DNA of 64,000 nt from Bryobacterales bacterium (GCA_963422375.2 OY729428.2:160001-224000), one strand, 5' to 3'; shown: positions 10,722-22,256, counted from the stretch's first letter. Notes: generated from the sequence alone by a model not told the origin. Numbers and translations: made by a program.

Positions 10722-13106
10722 ATGAAGCTCCTCGCGTCCCTGAACCCGCAGCAGCGCGAGGCGGTAATGCATACGGAGGGTCCTCTGCTGATCTTGGCGG
10801 GGGCCGGCAGCGGCAAGACCCGTGTCGTAGTCAGTCGGATCGGCTACCTGATCCTCGAAAGAGGCGTCGCGCCCGAGTCGATTCTCGGCGTCACCTTCAC
10901 TAACAAGGCCGCCGGCGAGATGCGCGAGCGGGTCGAGCGCGTGCTTCGCGAAGGAGGCGCCGCGGGGGAGGCCTTGCCCGCGGTCTCCACGTTCCACTCC
11001 TTCTGCGTCCGCATCCTGCGCCGTCACGGAGCACCCCTAGCGCAGATCCGCCCCGGCTTCACGCCCGGCTTCCTGATCTGCGACGACAGCGACCAGCTCG
11101 GCATTGTCAAGTCCGCCTTGGGCGAGGTCGGCCCGGAGGCCAAGTCGATAAAGCCGCGGGACGCGCTCTCCGCGATCAGCCGCGCCAAGAATCACGGGGT
11201 GGGCGAGGTCCGCCTCCGAGGCACGGACCGGAAACACACCGAGATCCTGAATGCGGTCTACAGCTCTTATCGCGACGAGCTGCTGGAGACCGACGCGCTG
11301 GATTTCGACGACCTGCTCCGCGAGGCAGTCCGCCTGCTGCAGTCCTTCGACGATGTCCGGACTAGGCTCCAGGCCCGCTACCAGTTCCTGCTGGTCGACG
11401 AGTTCCAAGACACCAACAAGGCTCAGTACGAGATCGTCCGGCTGCTGGCGGGGAAGCGCCGGAATATCTGCGTGGTCGGCGACGATGATCAGTCCATCTA
11501 TTCCTGGCGTGGCGCCGAGATCGGCAACATTCTCAATTTCGAGACCGACTACCCCGCGGCGAAGGTCGTTCGGCTGGAGCAGAACTACCGCTCGACCGCG
11601 CGCATCCTCGAGGCGGCGTCCGCCTTGGTCGATCGCAACACACGGCGGCAGAAAAAGCGACTCTGGACTGACGGGCCGCAGGGAGAGCGCCCGGTGCTGT
11701 ATTGCGCACGGGACGGGATCGCCGAGGCCCGCTACGTGGCGGGCGAGATCCGGCGGCTCCTAGAGAGCGACCCGACCGTTCGCGTGGGACTGCTGTACCG
11801 CACGAACTGGCAATCCCGGCCGTTCGAGGAGGCCTTGCGGCAGGAAAACCTGAACTTCCTCCTCGTAGGAGGCGTCGGATTCTACCAGCGAGCGGAAGTC
11901 AGGGACCTACTCGCCTACGTCAAGGCCGCGGCTTCTCCGGATGACGCGGTGAATCTGAGGCGCATCATTAACGTGCCGGCGCGCGGCATCGGCAAGTCCA
12001 CCCTCGGGAAGCTTGAGGAGTTCGCCTCGCAGCACGGGGTCACGCTGTGGAAGGCGATCGAGGAGCATGCCAGCAGGCACCTGCTCGGCGTGCGCGCCCG
12101 CACGGCGCTTGCCCGGTTCCGGTTCCTGATGACGCAGCTGCGGGACGTCGCGAGGTCCGGGCGCGCCGATTCCACCCTGCAGTGGGTGCTCGAGGAGACG
12201 GGTTACCGCCGCACCTTGGAGTCAGACAAGTCTGCGGACTCCGAGGGGCGCCTCGACAATCTGAAGGAACTGATCGGGGCCGCTCGCGAATCAGCCGAGC
12301 GCGGAGAGTCGCTCGCGGAATTCCTCGACTTCGCGGCCCTAGTCTCCGACTCGGACGGGATCGACCAGGCCGCCCGGGTCCTGCTCATGACCCTCCATAA
12401 CGCGAAGGGCCTCGAGTTCCCCGCGGTGGCCTTGGTCGGCATGGACGACGGCCTGCTGCCCCACTCCCGGAGCCTTGCCGCTTCGAGCGAGGCGCTCGAG
12501 GAGGAGCGCAGGCTCTGCTACGTCGGCATGACGCGGGCTCGACGCCACTTGCTGCTCACGCGAGCGGCGTCCCGCAGGCAGTTCGGCGCGAGCGACTCCG
12601 AGGACATGCGACCGTCCCAGTTCCTGAAGGAGATTCCGGTGGGCCTGCTGGAAGATCGCACGCCCCGCGAGGACGTGCCTAGGACCGCTTGGCGCTTTGG
12701 TGCAGACAGGCCCGTTCCCGGCTTCCGCGACCGCGCCAAGCCCCCGGCCGGAACGATCATCACGCACAACTCCGTGTCCGCAGTGGCGGGTTTCTTCAAG
12801 GACCGCGGCATCAACATCGCGGCACAGGCAGGGTCCGGCGCGAAGGAACACGACAGACCGGCAGGAACTTCCCGGGCGGCCGACGGCCGCCCGGGACGGG
12901 CGCGGCCGACCCTGGGCCAAGCGCGCAAGACATTGCGCAGCCAGAGGCCGTTCGCGCGCGGCACCCGCGTGCGCCACAGCCGGTTCGGTGTCGGAGTCGT
13001 GCAGCGTCGCGAGGGCGAGGGGCCCGGAGCGAAGCTCTCGATCTATTTCCGGGACTACGGCTTGAAGAAGCTCGTAGCGGGCTACGCGAACCTGCAGGTC
13101 GAGTGA
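10722..13106 (+). CDS. pcrA: UvrD/PcrA family ATP-dependent DNA helicase
   Basis: AGAGSGKT, TFTNKAA, VDEFQDTN, VGDDDQSIYSWRGA, LEQNYRS, TLHNAKGLEF, EEERRLCYVGMTRA and a C-terminal Tudor-like domain. Confidence 0.95.
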   Translation: MKLLASLNPQQREAVMHTEGPLLILAGAGSGKTRVVVSRIGYLILERGVAPESILGVTFTNKAAGEMRERVERVLREGGAAGEALPAVSTFHSFCVRILRRHGAPLAQIRPGFTPGFLICDDSDQLGIVKSALGEVGPEAKSIKPRDALSAISRAKNHGVGEVRLRGTDRKHTEILNAVYSSYRDELLETDALDFDDLLREAVRLLQSFDDVRTRLQARYQFLLVDEFQDTNKAQYEIVRLLAGKRRNICVVGDDDQSIYSWRGAEIGNILNFETDYPAAKVVRLEQNYRSTARILEAASALVDRNTRRQKKRLWTDGPQGERPVLYCARDGIAEARYVAGEIRRLLESDPTVRVGLLYRTNWQSRPFEEALRQENLNFLLVGGVGFYQRAEVRDLLAYVKAAASPDDAVNLRRIINVPARGIGKSTLGKLEEFASQHGVTLWKAIEEHASRHLLGVRARTALARFRFLMTQLRDVARSGRADSTLQWVLEETGYRRTLESDKSADSEGRLDNLKELIGAARESAERGESLAEFLDFAALVSDSDGIDQAARVLLMTLHNAKGLEFPAVALVGMDDGLLPHSRSLAASSEALEEERRLCYVGMTRARRHLLLTRAASRRQFGASDSEDMRPSQFLKEIPVGLLEDRTPREDVPRTAWRFGADRPVPGFRDRAKPPAGTIITHNSVSAVAGFFKDRGINIAAQAGSGAKEHDRPAGTSRAADGRPGRARPTLGQARKTLRSQRPFARGTRVRHSRFGVGVVQRREGEGPGAKLSIYFRDYGLKKLVAGYANLQVE

Positions 13107-13108
13107 GG

Positions 13109-13128
13109 CCGGCCCGCGAGCGGGCCGG
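13109..13128. terminator. GC-rich hairpin between the convergent pcrA and arsC genes
   Basis: CCGGCCCG-CGAG-CGGGCCGG inverted repeat directly after the stop codon; no clear U-tract. Confidence 0.4.
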
Positions 13129-13152
13129 AACCCTGTCTCCTCGCGGGGCGCT

Positions 13153-13590
13153 TCAGGCGCGCGGGCTCTCGGCCAGCCAAGCCGCCAAAGCCGCGGCGAT
13201 CTCGTCGCGCACCCGCCGGAACAGGGCCATGCGCTCCTCGTCGCTGCCTGTCCCCGCTGCGGGGTCGTCGAAGCTCCAGTGCATCCTGCACACCCGTCCG
13301 GGAAAGACCGGACAGTTCGCAGCCGCCCAGTCGCACACCGTAATGACCGTATCGACGCCCGTGCCGACGTACGCCTCCACGTGCTCCGACTCCTGCGCGC
13401 CGATATCGATTCCGATCTCCGCCATGGCCGCCACGGCATGGGGGTTGAGCCCGTGAGGCGACGTGCCGGCCGAGAGCGCCTCCATGCGGTCCCCCGCCAT
13501 CGACCGCAGCAGCCCCTCCGCCATCTGGCTGCGGCAGGAGTTGCCCGTGCAGAGGAATAAGACGCGAGGCCTGTCCGGCATCGCGGGCAA
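13153..13590 (-). CDS. arsC: Arsenate reductase ArsC, LMW-PTP fold
   Basis: LFLCTGNSCRSQMAEG, VITVCD, CPVFPG, HWSFDDP. Confidence 0.88.
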   Translation of the reverse strand: MPAMPDRPRVLFLCTGNSCRSQMAEGLLRSMAGDRMEALSAGTSPHGLNPHAVAAMAEIGIDIGAQESEHVEAYVGTGVDTVITVCDWAAANCPVFPGRVCRMHWSFDDPAAGTGSDEERMALFRRVRDEIAAALAAWLAESPRA

Positions 13591-13592
13591 GC

Positions 13593-14450
13593 CTACAGGC
13601 CCGGCGAGGGCTTGGCGTTCTTGAGACTGTTGAGTTCCGTGCGGGCGTGGGGGGCCACGTTCGAGGACGGGAAGCGGTCCAGCACCGACTGGAAGGACTT
13701 GGCGGCCTCGTCGTTGCGACGGAGCTTTACTAGGGACAGACCGAGCTTGTATATCGCGTCCGGCGCGAGCTTGCTGAGGGGGTACCTCCGGTACACCTGG
13801 TCGAACTGCCGCGCGGCTTCGTCGTAGTCCGCGGCCGAATAGTAGGTCTCGGCTAGGTAGAATTGCGCGTCGCCGGCCTTCGACTGGTTGGGATGCAGGG
13901 CGAGGTAGTCCATGAACTGCAGACGTGCGTTCTCGATATTGCCGCGCATGTAGTCGCTCATGCCGCCCTCGAAGATGGCGTCGCCGGCATTGGACGCGGT
14001 CTCGTCAGCCCGGATTTCCCCCTCCGCGCTGCCCGGGCCGGGGATGGTAGTGAGGTGCGTCTTGATGTCGCGGACGTCCGCGTGGAGCCGGTCGACCGTC
14101 ACGCCGATTTCCTCGACCGTCGCGCGAAGGATGGCGAACTGCGTCGTCAGGGCGTCGACCCTGGCCGCGGTAGACCGCTGGGGCTCGGTGAGCCCGTCAT
14201 CCAAGGCAGCCACCCCGCGCTCGATCACGGCCAGCCCGGCCGTGACGGTGTCCTGCTGCTCGGTGACCTGCCTGACCAATGCTTCCACGCCAACCAAGCG
14301 GTCCGAGGTCTTCTCCTCCAGCTGCCGCAGCACGTCCTGCAGCAGCGCCATGTCCCGCTGCAGCTGGACAAGCTCTTTCCTCTGCCCTGTAGCACTCGGC
14401 AGCAGCAACGAGCAGCACGCGAGCAGCAAGGCTAGCCGTTTGAACCACAC
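13593..14450 (-). CDS. cpoB: Tol-Pal system protein YbgF/CpoB (coiled coil plus TPR)
   Basis: Signal peptide, coiled coil and TPRs (AQFYLAETYY, APDAIYKLG); directly downstream of pal. Confidence 0.85.
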   Translation of the reverse strand: MWFKRLALLLACCSLLLPSATGQRKELVQLQRDMALLQDVLRQLEEKTSDRLVGVEALVRQVTEQQDTVTAGLAVIERGVAALDDGLTEPQRSTAARVDALTTQFAILRATVEEIGVTVDRLHADVRDIKTHLTTIPGPGSAEGEIRADETASNAGDAIFEGGMSDYMRGNIENARLQFMDYLALHPNQSKAGDAQFYLAETYYSAADYDEAARQFDQVYRRYPLSKLAPDAIYKLGLSLVKLRRNDEAAKSFQSVLDRFPSSNVAPHARTELNSLKNAKPSPGL

Positions 14451-14641
14451 AAATCACCTCCCTCGGGAACGCGAGTGGCGGTGTCCACCGCTGCAGTTCT
14501 TCGAGCAATGGGCACGGCCGACCGCGCCGACCGCAGGGACACGCATCTCTCGGCTCCCTAGCGGGCCGGCGACCCGTCCGACCCCACGGCCGGACGGGTC
14601 AGGCGCGATGCCGACGGAACCCATAGGCACGCACCGCCCTG

Positions 14642-15409
14642 CTAGCGGAGCCTCAGGTGGGCGCGTCGGTTGCGCTGGTAGCAGCTCTCGTCCTCGTCCG
14701 TGCAGACCGGGCGCTCCTCGCCTAGGCTGACCTTCGACAGCTTGCTGGCGGGAATTCCCAAGTTCACGAGAAAGTCCACCGCCGCTGTCGAGCGCCGGTC
14801 GCCCAAGGCGAGGTTGTACTCGGTCGTGCCGCGCTCGTCGCAATGGCCCTCTACCAAGAAGGCCGCCGCGGGGTAGTCCTCGAGCAGCTTCTCGAGGGCC
14901 CCCGCGTTCCCGCGTAGCGCGTCGGCCGCGTCCGGCCGGATATCGCTCTTGTCGTAGTCGAATAGCGCGTCGCGCACGCTGCTCGAGCTGAACGCTTCGG
15001 AGAGATCCGGCTTCGGGGGCGGGGGCGGGGGGGGCGGGGGCGGGGCTCGCACGGTCACCATCGCCGACCCGGTGGCTGTCTTGCCGTCAGCGTTCTTCAC
15101 CGTGATGGTGTACTCCGTGGAGCGGGTCGGGAAGACTTCCCTGCTGCCGCTCGTGGCGATTGGCCCGATGCCCTGATTCAGTTCGGCGCTGGCCGCGTTG
15201 GTCGAGCTCCACGTGAGCGTCGCGGACTTGCCGCGCTCGATGGAGCTCGGCTCGGCAGTAATGCTGACGCTGGGCGCGGGCGCCTCGGGCGGGGGCGGGG
15301 GCGGGGGCGGGGGCGGCGTCGGGGGCGGGACTTCCTTCTTGCAGCCCAACGCGAAAAGCGCTAGAAACACGCCAACCGCGATCACGGTGATTCGGTTACT
15401 TGACCGCAT
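14642..15409 (-). CDS. pal: Peptidoglycan-associated lipoprotein with an Ig/PKD-like insert and poly-Pro linkers
   Basis: Lipobox LGC; OmpA-like motifs FDYDKS, EGHCDERGTTEYNLALGDRR, QRNRR. Confidence 0.92.
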   Translation of the reverse strand: MRSSNRITVIAVGVFLALFALGCKKEVPPPTPPPPPPPPPPEAPAPSVSITAEPSSIERGKSATLTWSSTNAASAELNQGIGPIATSGSREVFPTRSTEYTITVKNADGKTATGSAMVTVRAPPPPPPPPPPKPDLSEAFSSSSVRDALFDYDKSDIRPDAADALRGNAGALEKLLEDYPAAAFLVEGHCDERGTTEYNLALGDRRSTAAVDFLVNLGIPASKLSKVSLGEERPVCTDEDESCYQRNRRAHLRLR

Positions 15410-15519
15410 GTGAACTTCTGGTCCTCCATCTTCGTCACCGCTAGCAGGCGGTGACCGCTAAGCACACTAGCTTACAACAGATAGAATACCGCATCCGCGA
15501 TCGCCGCGGAGAGAAGTTC

Positions 15520-16899
15520 TCACCTCGACGCCCACAGCGGCGTTTCGTTGTCTCCCTTGCTGGTCAGCTGCCTGATCTGCGTGCCGTCGACGCGCATCGA
15601 CCAGATCTGCGTCCGGCCTAGGCGGTCGGAGGCGAACACGACGTGGGTGCCGCTCGGCGAGAACGTCGGATGCTCGTTGCGCCCCCGGCTGTGCGTCAGC
15701 TGCGTGTACCGCCCGCTCGCCACGTCGAGCAGGAAGATGTTGTAGTTGCCGATCTCGTAGCCCCTCGTCCAAGCGAAGGCAAGACGCTCCCCGGTGGGAT
15801 CCCAGGCCGGCTGCACGGCGTCCCCGCCCCCTCCCGAGACCCGGCGGCGGTTCGAGCCGGCGACATCCATGATGTAGACTTGCGGCTCGCCCGACGCGTC
15901 CGAGACGAAGGCGATCTGGGTCCCGGTCTTGGGGTTCACCGCGGGATCCACGTCGATCGACTCGGAATACGAAACTCGCCGCAGGTTTCCCCCGTCGGTG
16001 TCCGCCCGGTAGATCTGGCTCCGCCCGGAAAGCGACGAGGCGAAGTAGATCGTGCCGCCGTCGGGAGCGAAGCTGGGCGTTGTGTTCAGCGAGGCATCCT
16101 GGTTGTAGAACTGGAGCTTGCGACGCGACTCCAATGAATGCACGTAGATCTTCGGAATGCCCTCTAGGAAGGTGGTGAATGCTATGCGGCGGCCGTCCGG
16201 CGACACGGCCGGTGTGAGGCAGAGGCTGCGATAGCTGGTGATGGGCTCCTTGTTGCGTCCGTCGTAGTCCATCGCCCAAATTTCCTTGCGGTCGTCTCCC
16301 TCGTCCCTGTGGACGTAGTAGATCCGCGTGCCCGCCAGCCCCTGCCCGAGCCCTAGGTTCCGGAGGACATCGCGGGCGAAATCGAAGGCCATGCCACGTG
16401 CGCTGGCCGGGGTGGCCTCTCCGAAGTAGCGCTTGCCGAACACGTAAGACGCCTCCGCCGACTCCTGCGTCACGTCGGCCACGAAGCCGGACAGCGCGAG
16501 GCGGCCGCCCGCGTCCTCGATGCCCCCGTAGACCAAGTACCGCGCCTGCACGGGCACGTCGCTCCAGCCGAGCAGCCACAGGCCTCGTCCCCCGGGATCC
16601 TTCGGCATACCGGCCTCGTCCTCGCGAATGTCGCGCGGGGCGCGCGGGGCGCTGCGCGGGTAGAAGGAGCGCGGCGCGAGTTCGAGCCGTCCAGAGGACT
16701 CCAGCGCCTTCCAGAGCTCGTCGTTGAACTGGTCTACCGAGCCCGCCGCGCCGATCGGGCCGTGGATCCGGGCCACGGCCATGCGCGGGTCGCGCTGCTC
16801 GTCCCTGATTTCGATGACCGCGTCGGGGTTGCGCTGGGCCGGGAGCACGAGCGTCCCGGCCAGAACCGTCCCTGCGCAGAAGGTCAGTCGCCGCTTCAT
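15520..16899 (-). CDS. tolB: Tol-Pal beta-propeller protein TolB
   Basis: PD40 repeats (PAVSPDGRRIAF, PTFSPSG) and operon position. Confidence 0.92.
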   Translation of the reverse strand: MKRRLTFCAGTVLAGTLVLPAQRNPDAVIEIRDEQRDPRMAVARIHGPIGAAGSVDQFNDELWKALESSGRLELAPRSFYPRSAPRAPRDIREDEAGMPKDPGGRGLWLLGWSDVPVQARYLVYGGIEDAGGRLALSGFVADVTQESAEASYVFGKRYFGEATPASARGMAFDFARDVLRNLGLGQGLAGTRIYYVHRDEGDDRKEIWAMDYDGRNKEPITSYRSLCLTPAVSPDGRRIAFTTFLEGIPKIYVHSLESRRKLQFYNQDASLNTTPSFAPDGGTIYFASSLSGRSQIYRADTDGGNLRRVSYSESIDVDPAVNPKTGTQIAFVSDASGEPQVYIMDVAGSNRRRVSGGGGDAVQPAWDPTGERLAFAWTRGYEIGNYNIFLLDVASGRYTQLTHSRGRNEHPTFSPSGTHVVFASDRLGRTQIWSMRVDGTQIRQLTSKGDNETPLWASR

Positions 16900-16936
16900 G
16901 CTGTGTATTCCTCCGTTGCGATCCGGGACCCAAGCG

Positions 16937-17731
16937 TCATTGGAGCCGGAAGTTCATCTCGATGACGATCGATCCCCTGCCCAGCCCGGCGGGCAGCGCC
17001 CTCACCGGGCTCGCGTTGCGGATGGCCCGCAGCGCCGAGATGTCCAGCGAGCGGTTCCCGCTGGACTCCGCGATGCGGACCTCCGTGATCTCGCCGCTGC
17101 GCTGGATGGCGAAAGAGGTCACGACCGGCTTCGCCGAGCCGCCCGCGACCTGCCCCAGCGTCCGCCGCCACTGCTCTCCGACAGCCCGCTGCAGAATCTG
17201 TGCGTACCATGCAAAGCGCTTGCCGAACGGGCCGCCCTGCTTGCCGCCGAAGCCCACCCCGCCCCCGCCGGCGCGATAGAGGTCGCTGCTGAGGGTCGCA
17301 CCCAGGGACGAGCGCAGCTCGTTGGCCTTGGCCTCGCCCGCGCTCCGCTGGCCGACGGACCGCTCCTGCTGCTTTTGGTCCTGCCTGCGCTTGGCCGCAG
17401 GAGGCACGGGAGCGGGCGCCGGGGTGTCCGCAGGCGGCTCGGGCGGCGCGATCTCAGTCGACCGCTGGAACTTCGGCGGGGCGGGCACGTTGTGCCGGGT
17501 GGGGTTGGCGAGCGGGTTGGGCACGTCCGCCCGGGCGACGTTGATCGGGACGCTGCTGACAGCGACGATCCCGCCGCCGCCGGCCGGATCCGGTGAGCCC
17601 AGTTCGATCGACGGGTTGAACACCCCCCAAGCAACCGAGGCCGCGAGCAGTAGGCCGTGGCACGACAGCGACACCGCGAGCGGGCCTCGCAGGGCCTCCG
17701 GGCTCTCGGCGACCGTGCGCACCGCGTCCAT
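16937..17731 (-). CDS. tolA: TolA/TonB-family energy transducer
   Basis: N-terminal TM with SxxxH, Pro-rich linker and TonB_C-like SSGNRSLDISALRAI; lies between tolR and tolB. Confidence 0.8.
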   Translation of the reverse strand: MDAVRTVAESPEALRGPLAVSLSCHGLLLAASVAWGVFNPSIELGSPDPAGGGGIVAVSSVPINVARADVPNPLANPTRHNVPAPPKFQRSTEIAPPEPPADTPAPAPVPPAAKRRQDQKQQERSVGQRSAGEAKANELRSSLGATLSSDLYRAGGGGVGFGGKQGGPFGKRFAWYAQILQRAVGEQWRRTLGQVAGGSAKPVVTSFAIQRSGEITEVRIAESSGNRSLDISALRAIRNASPVRALPAGLGRGSIVIEMNFRLQ

Positions 17732-17747
17732 CGGCTGGCTCGCTGAC

Positions 17748-18147
<400 letters not shown>

Positions 18148-18173
<26 letters not shown>

Positions 18174-18969
18174 CCTCGGCTCCGTAGTCTCGTTCCGCGA
18201 GATTGAAGAACTCCAGACCGAAGTCCTGCATGCGCGAGCGGATCTCGCGCAGCCTCTCCGAGAGCATGTTGTAAAAGATCAGGGCCGGAATCGCGGCGAA
18301 GAGCCCGAGCGCCGTAGCCAGCAGCGCCTCCGCGATTCCCGGCGCGACGGCCCGCAGCGTCGCGCCGCTCGCCTGGCCGAGCCCGCGAAACGCCTCCAGC
18401 ACGCCCCAGACCGTGCCGAACAGACCGATGAACGGCGCGGCGGAAGCGGTCGTCGCCAGCAGGCCCAGCTTGCTCTGCAGCCGGGAGGTCTCCTCGCTGA
18501 CCGCGAGCGCGAGCGCGCGGTCGACCGAGGCGGGGTTGCGAACCAGGCCGTGCGTGTTGACTTGGCGCGCCACCTCGGCGTAGCCGTAGTCGAAGACCGT
18601 GGCTACGGGCGAAGGCCGGTATTGGGCGGTGGCGGCATTGATGTCGGCAATGCTCTCGGCCTTGCGGAACACGCGCCGGAACCTGCGGTTGAGGGTGACG
18701 GCGTTGCCGAGGAGCTTGAACTTCGAGTAGGCGACGGCCCAAGACGCCACCGACAGCGCCGCGAGGATCAGGAAGACGGCGAATCCGACCGGGCCGACCT
18801 CGAGCACGAGGCCCAGCAGCGTCGACTGCTCCACGGCAGCGGCGACTTCCTCGGCCGCGGTGTCGGTCCCCGCAGCTTCGTCTGCAGCGGCCTGCAGCAA
18901 GAATGCGAACGCTGGCGCGTCGAGCAATACGGCACCTCGTGGCGGGCGGATCCAAGCGGCCGGCGCCAC
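18148..18969 (-). CDS. tolQ: TolQ/ExbB proton channel protein (start uncertain)
   Basis: APFIGLFGTVWG, VAPGIAEALLATALGLFAAIPA. Confidence 0.93.
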
Positions 18970-19240
18970 GGCCCACCTTCCATGATCGTACTACATTCAT
19001 GCCGTAGATTGTTGTGCCCACCCCCGCACCACCTACTTTGACGCACGACGGACGCCGGCCGTTCCGCCGGTAGGTCCGCGCGCGGGGCCTGCCGACACGA
19101 GCTACCGACACTCCGGAGGGGCCGAGCGGCGGGGCAGGTATTCTGGGGCCTGCCACGCTTGAGGACGGAATCGCGGGCTCGCGGCGAGCCTCTCGCGCGC
19201 CGTCGCCGAACGCGCCGCGCACCGGGGGACCCGCCGGAGA

Positions 19241-20914
19241 ATGCTCCAAGAACTCGACGTCGACAGCTACGCGGTCGTGGACCGGCTCCGCTTGGCATTC
19301 CAGCCCGGGCTGAACATCCTCACCGGCGAGACCGGCAGCGGCAAGTCGATCGTCGTCGGGTCTCTCGCCCTCCTGCTCGGCAGCCGCGCCAGCGCCGACC
19401 TCGTGCGCTCCGGAGCGCGGCGCGCGCGCGTCTCGGGCCGCTTCGACGCGCCGCGGGACAGAGCGGCGCTGGACAGGCTCTCCTCGGCGGGGATCGAGTG
19501 CGACGGCGACGAATTGATCGTCGAACGCCAGGTTCTCGCGTCCGGCAAGAGCCGCGCGTACGTGAACGGCTCTCCGGCCACGGTCGGGCTGCTGCGCGAC
19601 CTAGCGCCGCATCTCGGGGACATTCACGGGCAGCACGAGCAGCAGACGCTGCTCTCCGCGGCGCACCAGCTGCAGCTGCTGGACGCCTTCGCCGGAACGG
19701 CCGGCGACGCCGCGGAGCTGCGGGCCCTGCATCGCCGCTGGCGCCGGACAGGCGAGGCGCTGGCCAAGCTCAGGGGCAGCGAACGGGAGCGGTTGCGCCG
19801 CATCGACCTGCTGCGCTACCAAGTGGGCGAGATCCGCGACACCGCCGTCCGCCCGGGCGAGGACCGGGATCTGGAAGTCGAGCTGCAGCGGCTGTCCAAC
19901 GCCGAGCAGCTGCGTCGGTGCGGATTCGCAGCCTGCGAGGCACTGTACGACGCGGAGACGTCGGCGTCCTCGCGGATCAAGGCCGCTATCGACGCCCTGG
20001 GCGCGGTCGCGGCCGACGGCGGGCCCTTCGAGCGATTCGCCGCGAGCCTGGAGGACACCCGCAGCGCGGTGGACGACGTCGCCTTCGAGCTGCGCTCGTG
20101 CGCCGACCGACTCTGCTCCGACCCGCAGAGGCAAGAAGAGGTCGAGAACCGCCTAGCGGCGCTGGAGAGACTACAGCGCAAGTACGGACCGTCCCTCGAG
20201 GAGGTGCTGGAGTTCGCAGAGAGGTCCGAGCGGGAGCTCGGACAGCTGGCCGGCAGCGACGCCGAATCCGAACGCCTCGAACAGGATTTGCAAGAGGCCG
20301 CGACGGACTACGAGAGGCGCTCGTCCGACTTGTCGCTGAGACGGCGCAGAGCGGCGAGCGAACTGTCCACACGGACGGAGGAACAGCTCCGCGATCTCGC
20401 GCTGGCCAAGGCGCGCTTCGAGGTCGCCGTGGACGAGCTGGCCGGGTGGTCGGCTAACGGCGTCGACAGGGCGGCGCTGCGCTTCTCGGCCAATCCGGGC
20501 CAGCCGCCGAGGCCGCTGGGGCAGGCCGCTTCGGGCGGCGAGCTGTCGCGGATCGCTCTCGCCCTCAAGACCTGCCTGGAGGAAACAGGCACCGACGGGC
20601 CGTACCGGCGGACGCTCGTGTTCGACGAGATCGACACCGGGGTCGGCGGGGGCGTCGCGGATGCGATCGGGCGGCGCTTCCGGAAGCTCTCGGCGGGACA
20701 CCAGCTTCTCTGCGTGACCCACCTGCCCCAGATCGCTCGCTTCGCCGACGCCCACTTCCACGTCGCGAAATCCGAATCCGAGGAGCGCTCGAGCGCCACG
20801 GTGGCCGAGCTCGGCGAGGCGCAGCGCGTCGAGGAGCTGGCGCGGATGCTCTCCGGCGCCGAGATCAGCGCGGCGGCAATCGAGAACGCCCGGCAGCTGC
20901 TGCTGTCGCCCTAG
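19241..20914 (+). CDS. recN: DNA repair protein RecN
   Basis: TGETGSGKS, DIHGQHEQQ, SGGELSR, VFDEIDTG, CVTHLPQIA. Confidence 0.96.
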   Translation: MLQELDVDSYAVVDRLRLAFQPGLNILTGETGSGKSIVVGSLALLLGSRASADLVRSGARRARVSGRFDAPRDRAALDRLSSAGIECDGDELIVERQVLASGKSRAYVNGSPATVGLLRDLAPHLGDIHGQHEQQTLLSAAHQLQLLDAFAGTAGDAAELRALHRRWRRTGEALAKLRGSERERLRRIDLLRYQVGEIRDTAVRPGEDRDLEVELQRLSNAEQLRRCGFAACEALYDAETSASSRIKAAIDALGAVAADGGPFERFAASLEDTRSAVDDVAFELRSCADRLCSDPQRQEEVENRLAALERLQRKYGPSLEEVLEFAERSERELGQLAGSDAESERLEQDLQEAATDYERRSSDLSLRRRRAASELSTRTEEQLRDLALAKARFEVAVDELAGWSANGVDRAALRFSANPGQPPRPLGQAASGGELSRIALALKTCLEETGTDGPYRRTLVFDEIDTGVGGGVADAIGRRFRKLSAGHQLLCVTHLPQIARFADAHFHVAKSESEERSSATVAELGEAQRVEELARMLSGAEISAAAIENARQLLLSP

Positions 20915-20999
20915 CCCTGACCGTACAAGGCCCTGTCTCGCGAGGCCGGGACCGGGCGAGCACCCGGGCGGCTCCAACCCGGACTAGGCGGAATCTCCG

Positions 21000-21850
21000 T
21001 GGCTACGCTTCACATCGATTAGTCGGTGGCACATGGTTGCAATCGAGTTGCCACACGAGAATGGCAGGAAGCGGCCATCCCGCTAGAGGCCGCCCGCGGT
21101 GCTCACAGGCCGAGATCCTGATGCCGCATTGACTTCCGAGAGTTTCCGTGGCAGCGATGTGCCAAATGCTGCCGTGCGAGTCCGATACTACGAATCCGAC
21201 AGGCCATTAGCACGGTTGGGTTTCAACACCGGAGCGATAGCAGATGCCGAGGGTAGTAGCTTCCTTCTGCATTGCGTCGCGCTGAATCTTCCCGTTGTAG
21301 TTGCGGCTCACACAAGGACCCACGTGGCAACATGATCATGTCGGGTTACGATAAAGATTGGCGGTGAAGAGCCACTTCCAGCTATTTTGCTTGACGATTC
21401 CGGGGCTATCGTGGTCGTGAGGGTCCTCGACACGCAACGTCAACCTGTTGCCGGGGCCTCAGTACTGCTTCTGGCAGATCCAGCTGGACTGCCGGACGAG
21501 GCAAGGCGTTCACGTTAGCATCGGAGATCCTTCCATCAGGGCGCTGTGACATCTGCTCTCGGAGTCGTTCGCTTCGCGGGCGTTCATCAAGGCCGAGTTG
21601 TCGTCAGGTCCAAGGCCCACGAGGAAACCGTAGAGCGGCGTGCGGCGCGGCCTAGGAACCAAGAGCCGCTACGCGTCACGCTGAGTGTTCTACGACACCT
21701 GCCCGATCTGGCTCGGTCTGCGACGCGACATCGTTCGGATCTTCCTTCGCGCGGTCCTGGCTTGGTGAGATCTGCCTCGCCACCAGCAGCCGCCCCGCTG
21801 CAAGCCGCGGTCAAGGCGGGCTGGCCCCACATGGAAACAGCGCCCACTAG
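21000..21850 (+). pseudogene. Possible decayed gene with a carboxypeptidase-regulatory-like (Ig) domain remnant
   Basis: Fragment DSGAIVVVRVLDTQRQPVAGASVLL at about 21396-21470, broken by stops; boundaries approximate. Confidence 0.3.
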
Positions 21851-22256
21851 CCCGGATTATTCATAAGTAGCCCGGAGGGCCATAGCCCGGTCCCTCCGCC
21901 CCGGCCGTGAGGGCCTCCGGTCCAGCGCGATCCTCGCTCCTACGAGTGCCCTGCGATTCCCGGCGGCAACCCCGGCCCGGTCCGGATGAGATCCCAGTTT
22001 ATAAACTGAAACTGTTTTCCACCGGAGGTTTATGTTGAATGCATCGTCGCATCCGCAGCTTCCCAAGGCGTTCCGTTCCGCAATGCGCCCCGTCGCCTTC
22101 CCCCTTCGATCACGAGCGCCGCAGCTCCGACGGCGGCGCTGTCCCGGTCGAGGCCGCCGACCGCGCTCCCGGCCTCACCGCGGCTTTCGCCGACTGCCTG
22201 CGCGACCGGCGCCAGCCTTCCAAGGTGCTCCACTCCCTCGCCGCACTGTTTCGCAG
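21851..22256 (+). mobile_element. IS1380-family remnant (left end plus transposase N-terminus)
   Basis: End-like CCCGGATTATTCA at 21851; peptide FDHERRSSDGGAVPVEAADRAPGLTAAFADCLRDRRQPSKVLHSL fits the IS1380 N-terminus. Confidence 0.75.

Noticed and set aside
10653..11027. N-terminal extension of the DUF1501 ORF
   Set aside because: Overlaps pcrA antisense; the Tat-like start fits ATG 10652
13153..13590. Arsenic resistance operon
   Set aside because: Lone arsC-like gene behind tol-pal, with no arsR, arsB or acr3 nearby
15014..15330. G-rich tracts as phase-variation or G-quadruplex elements
   Set aside because: Explained by the poly-proline linker codons of Pal
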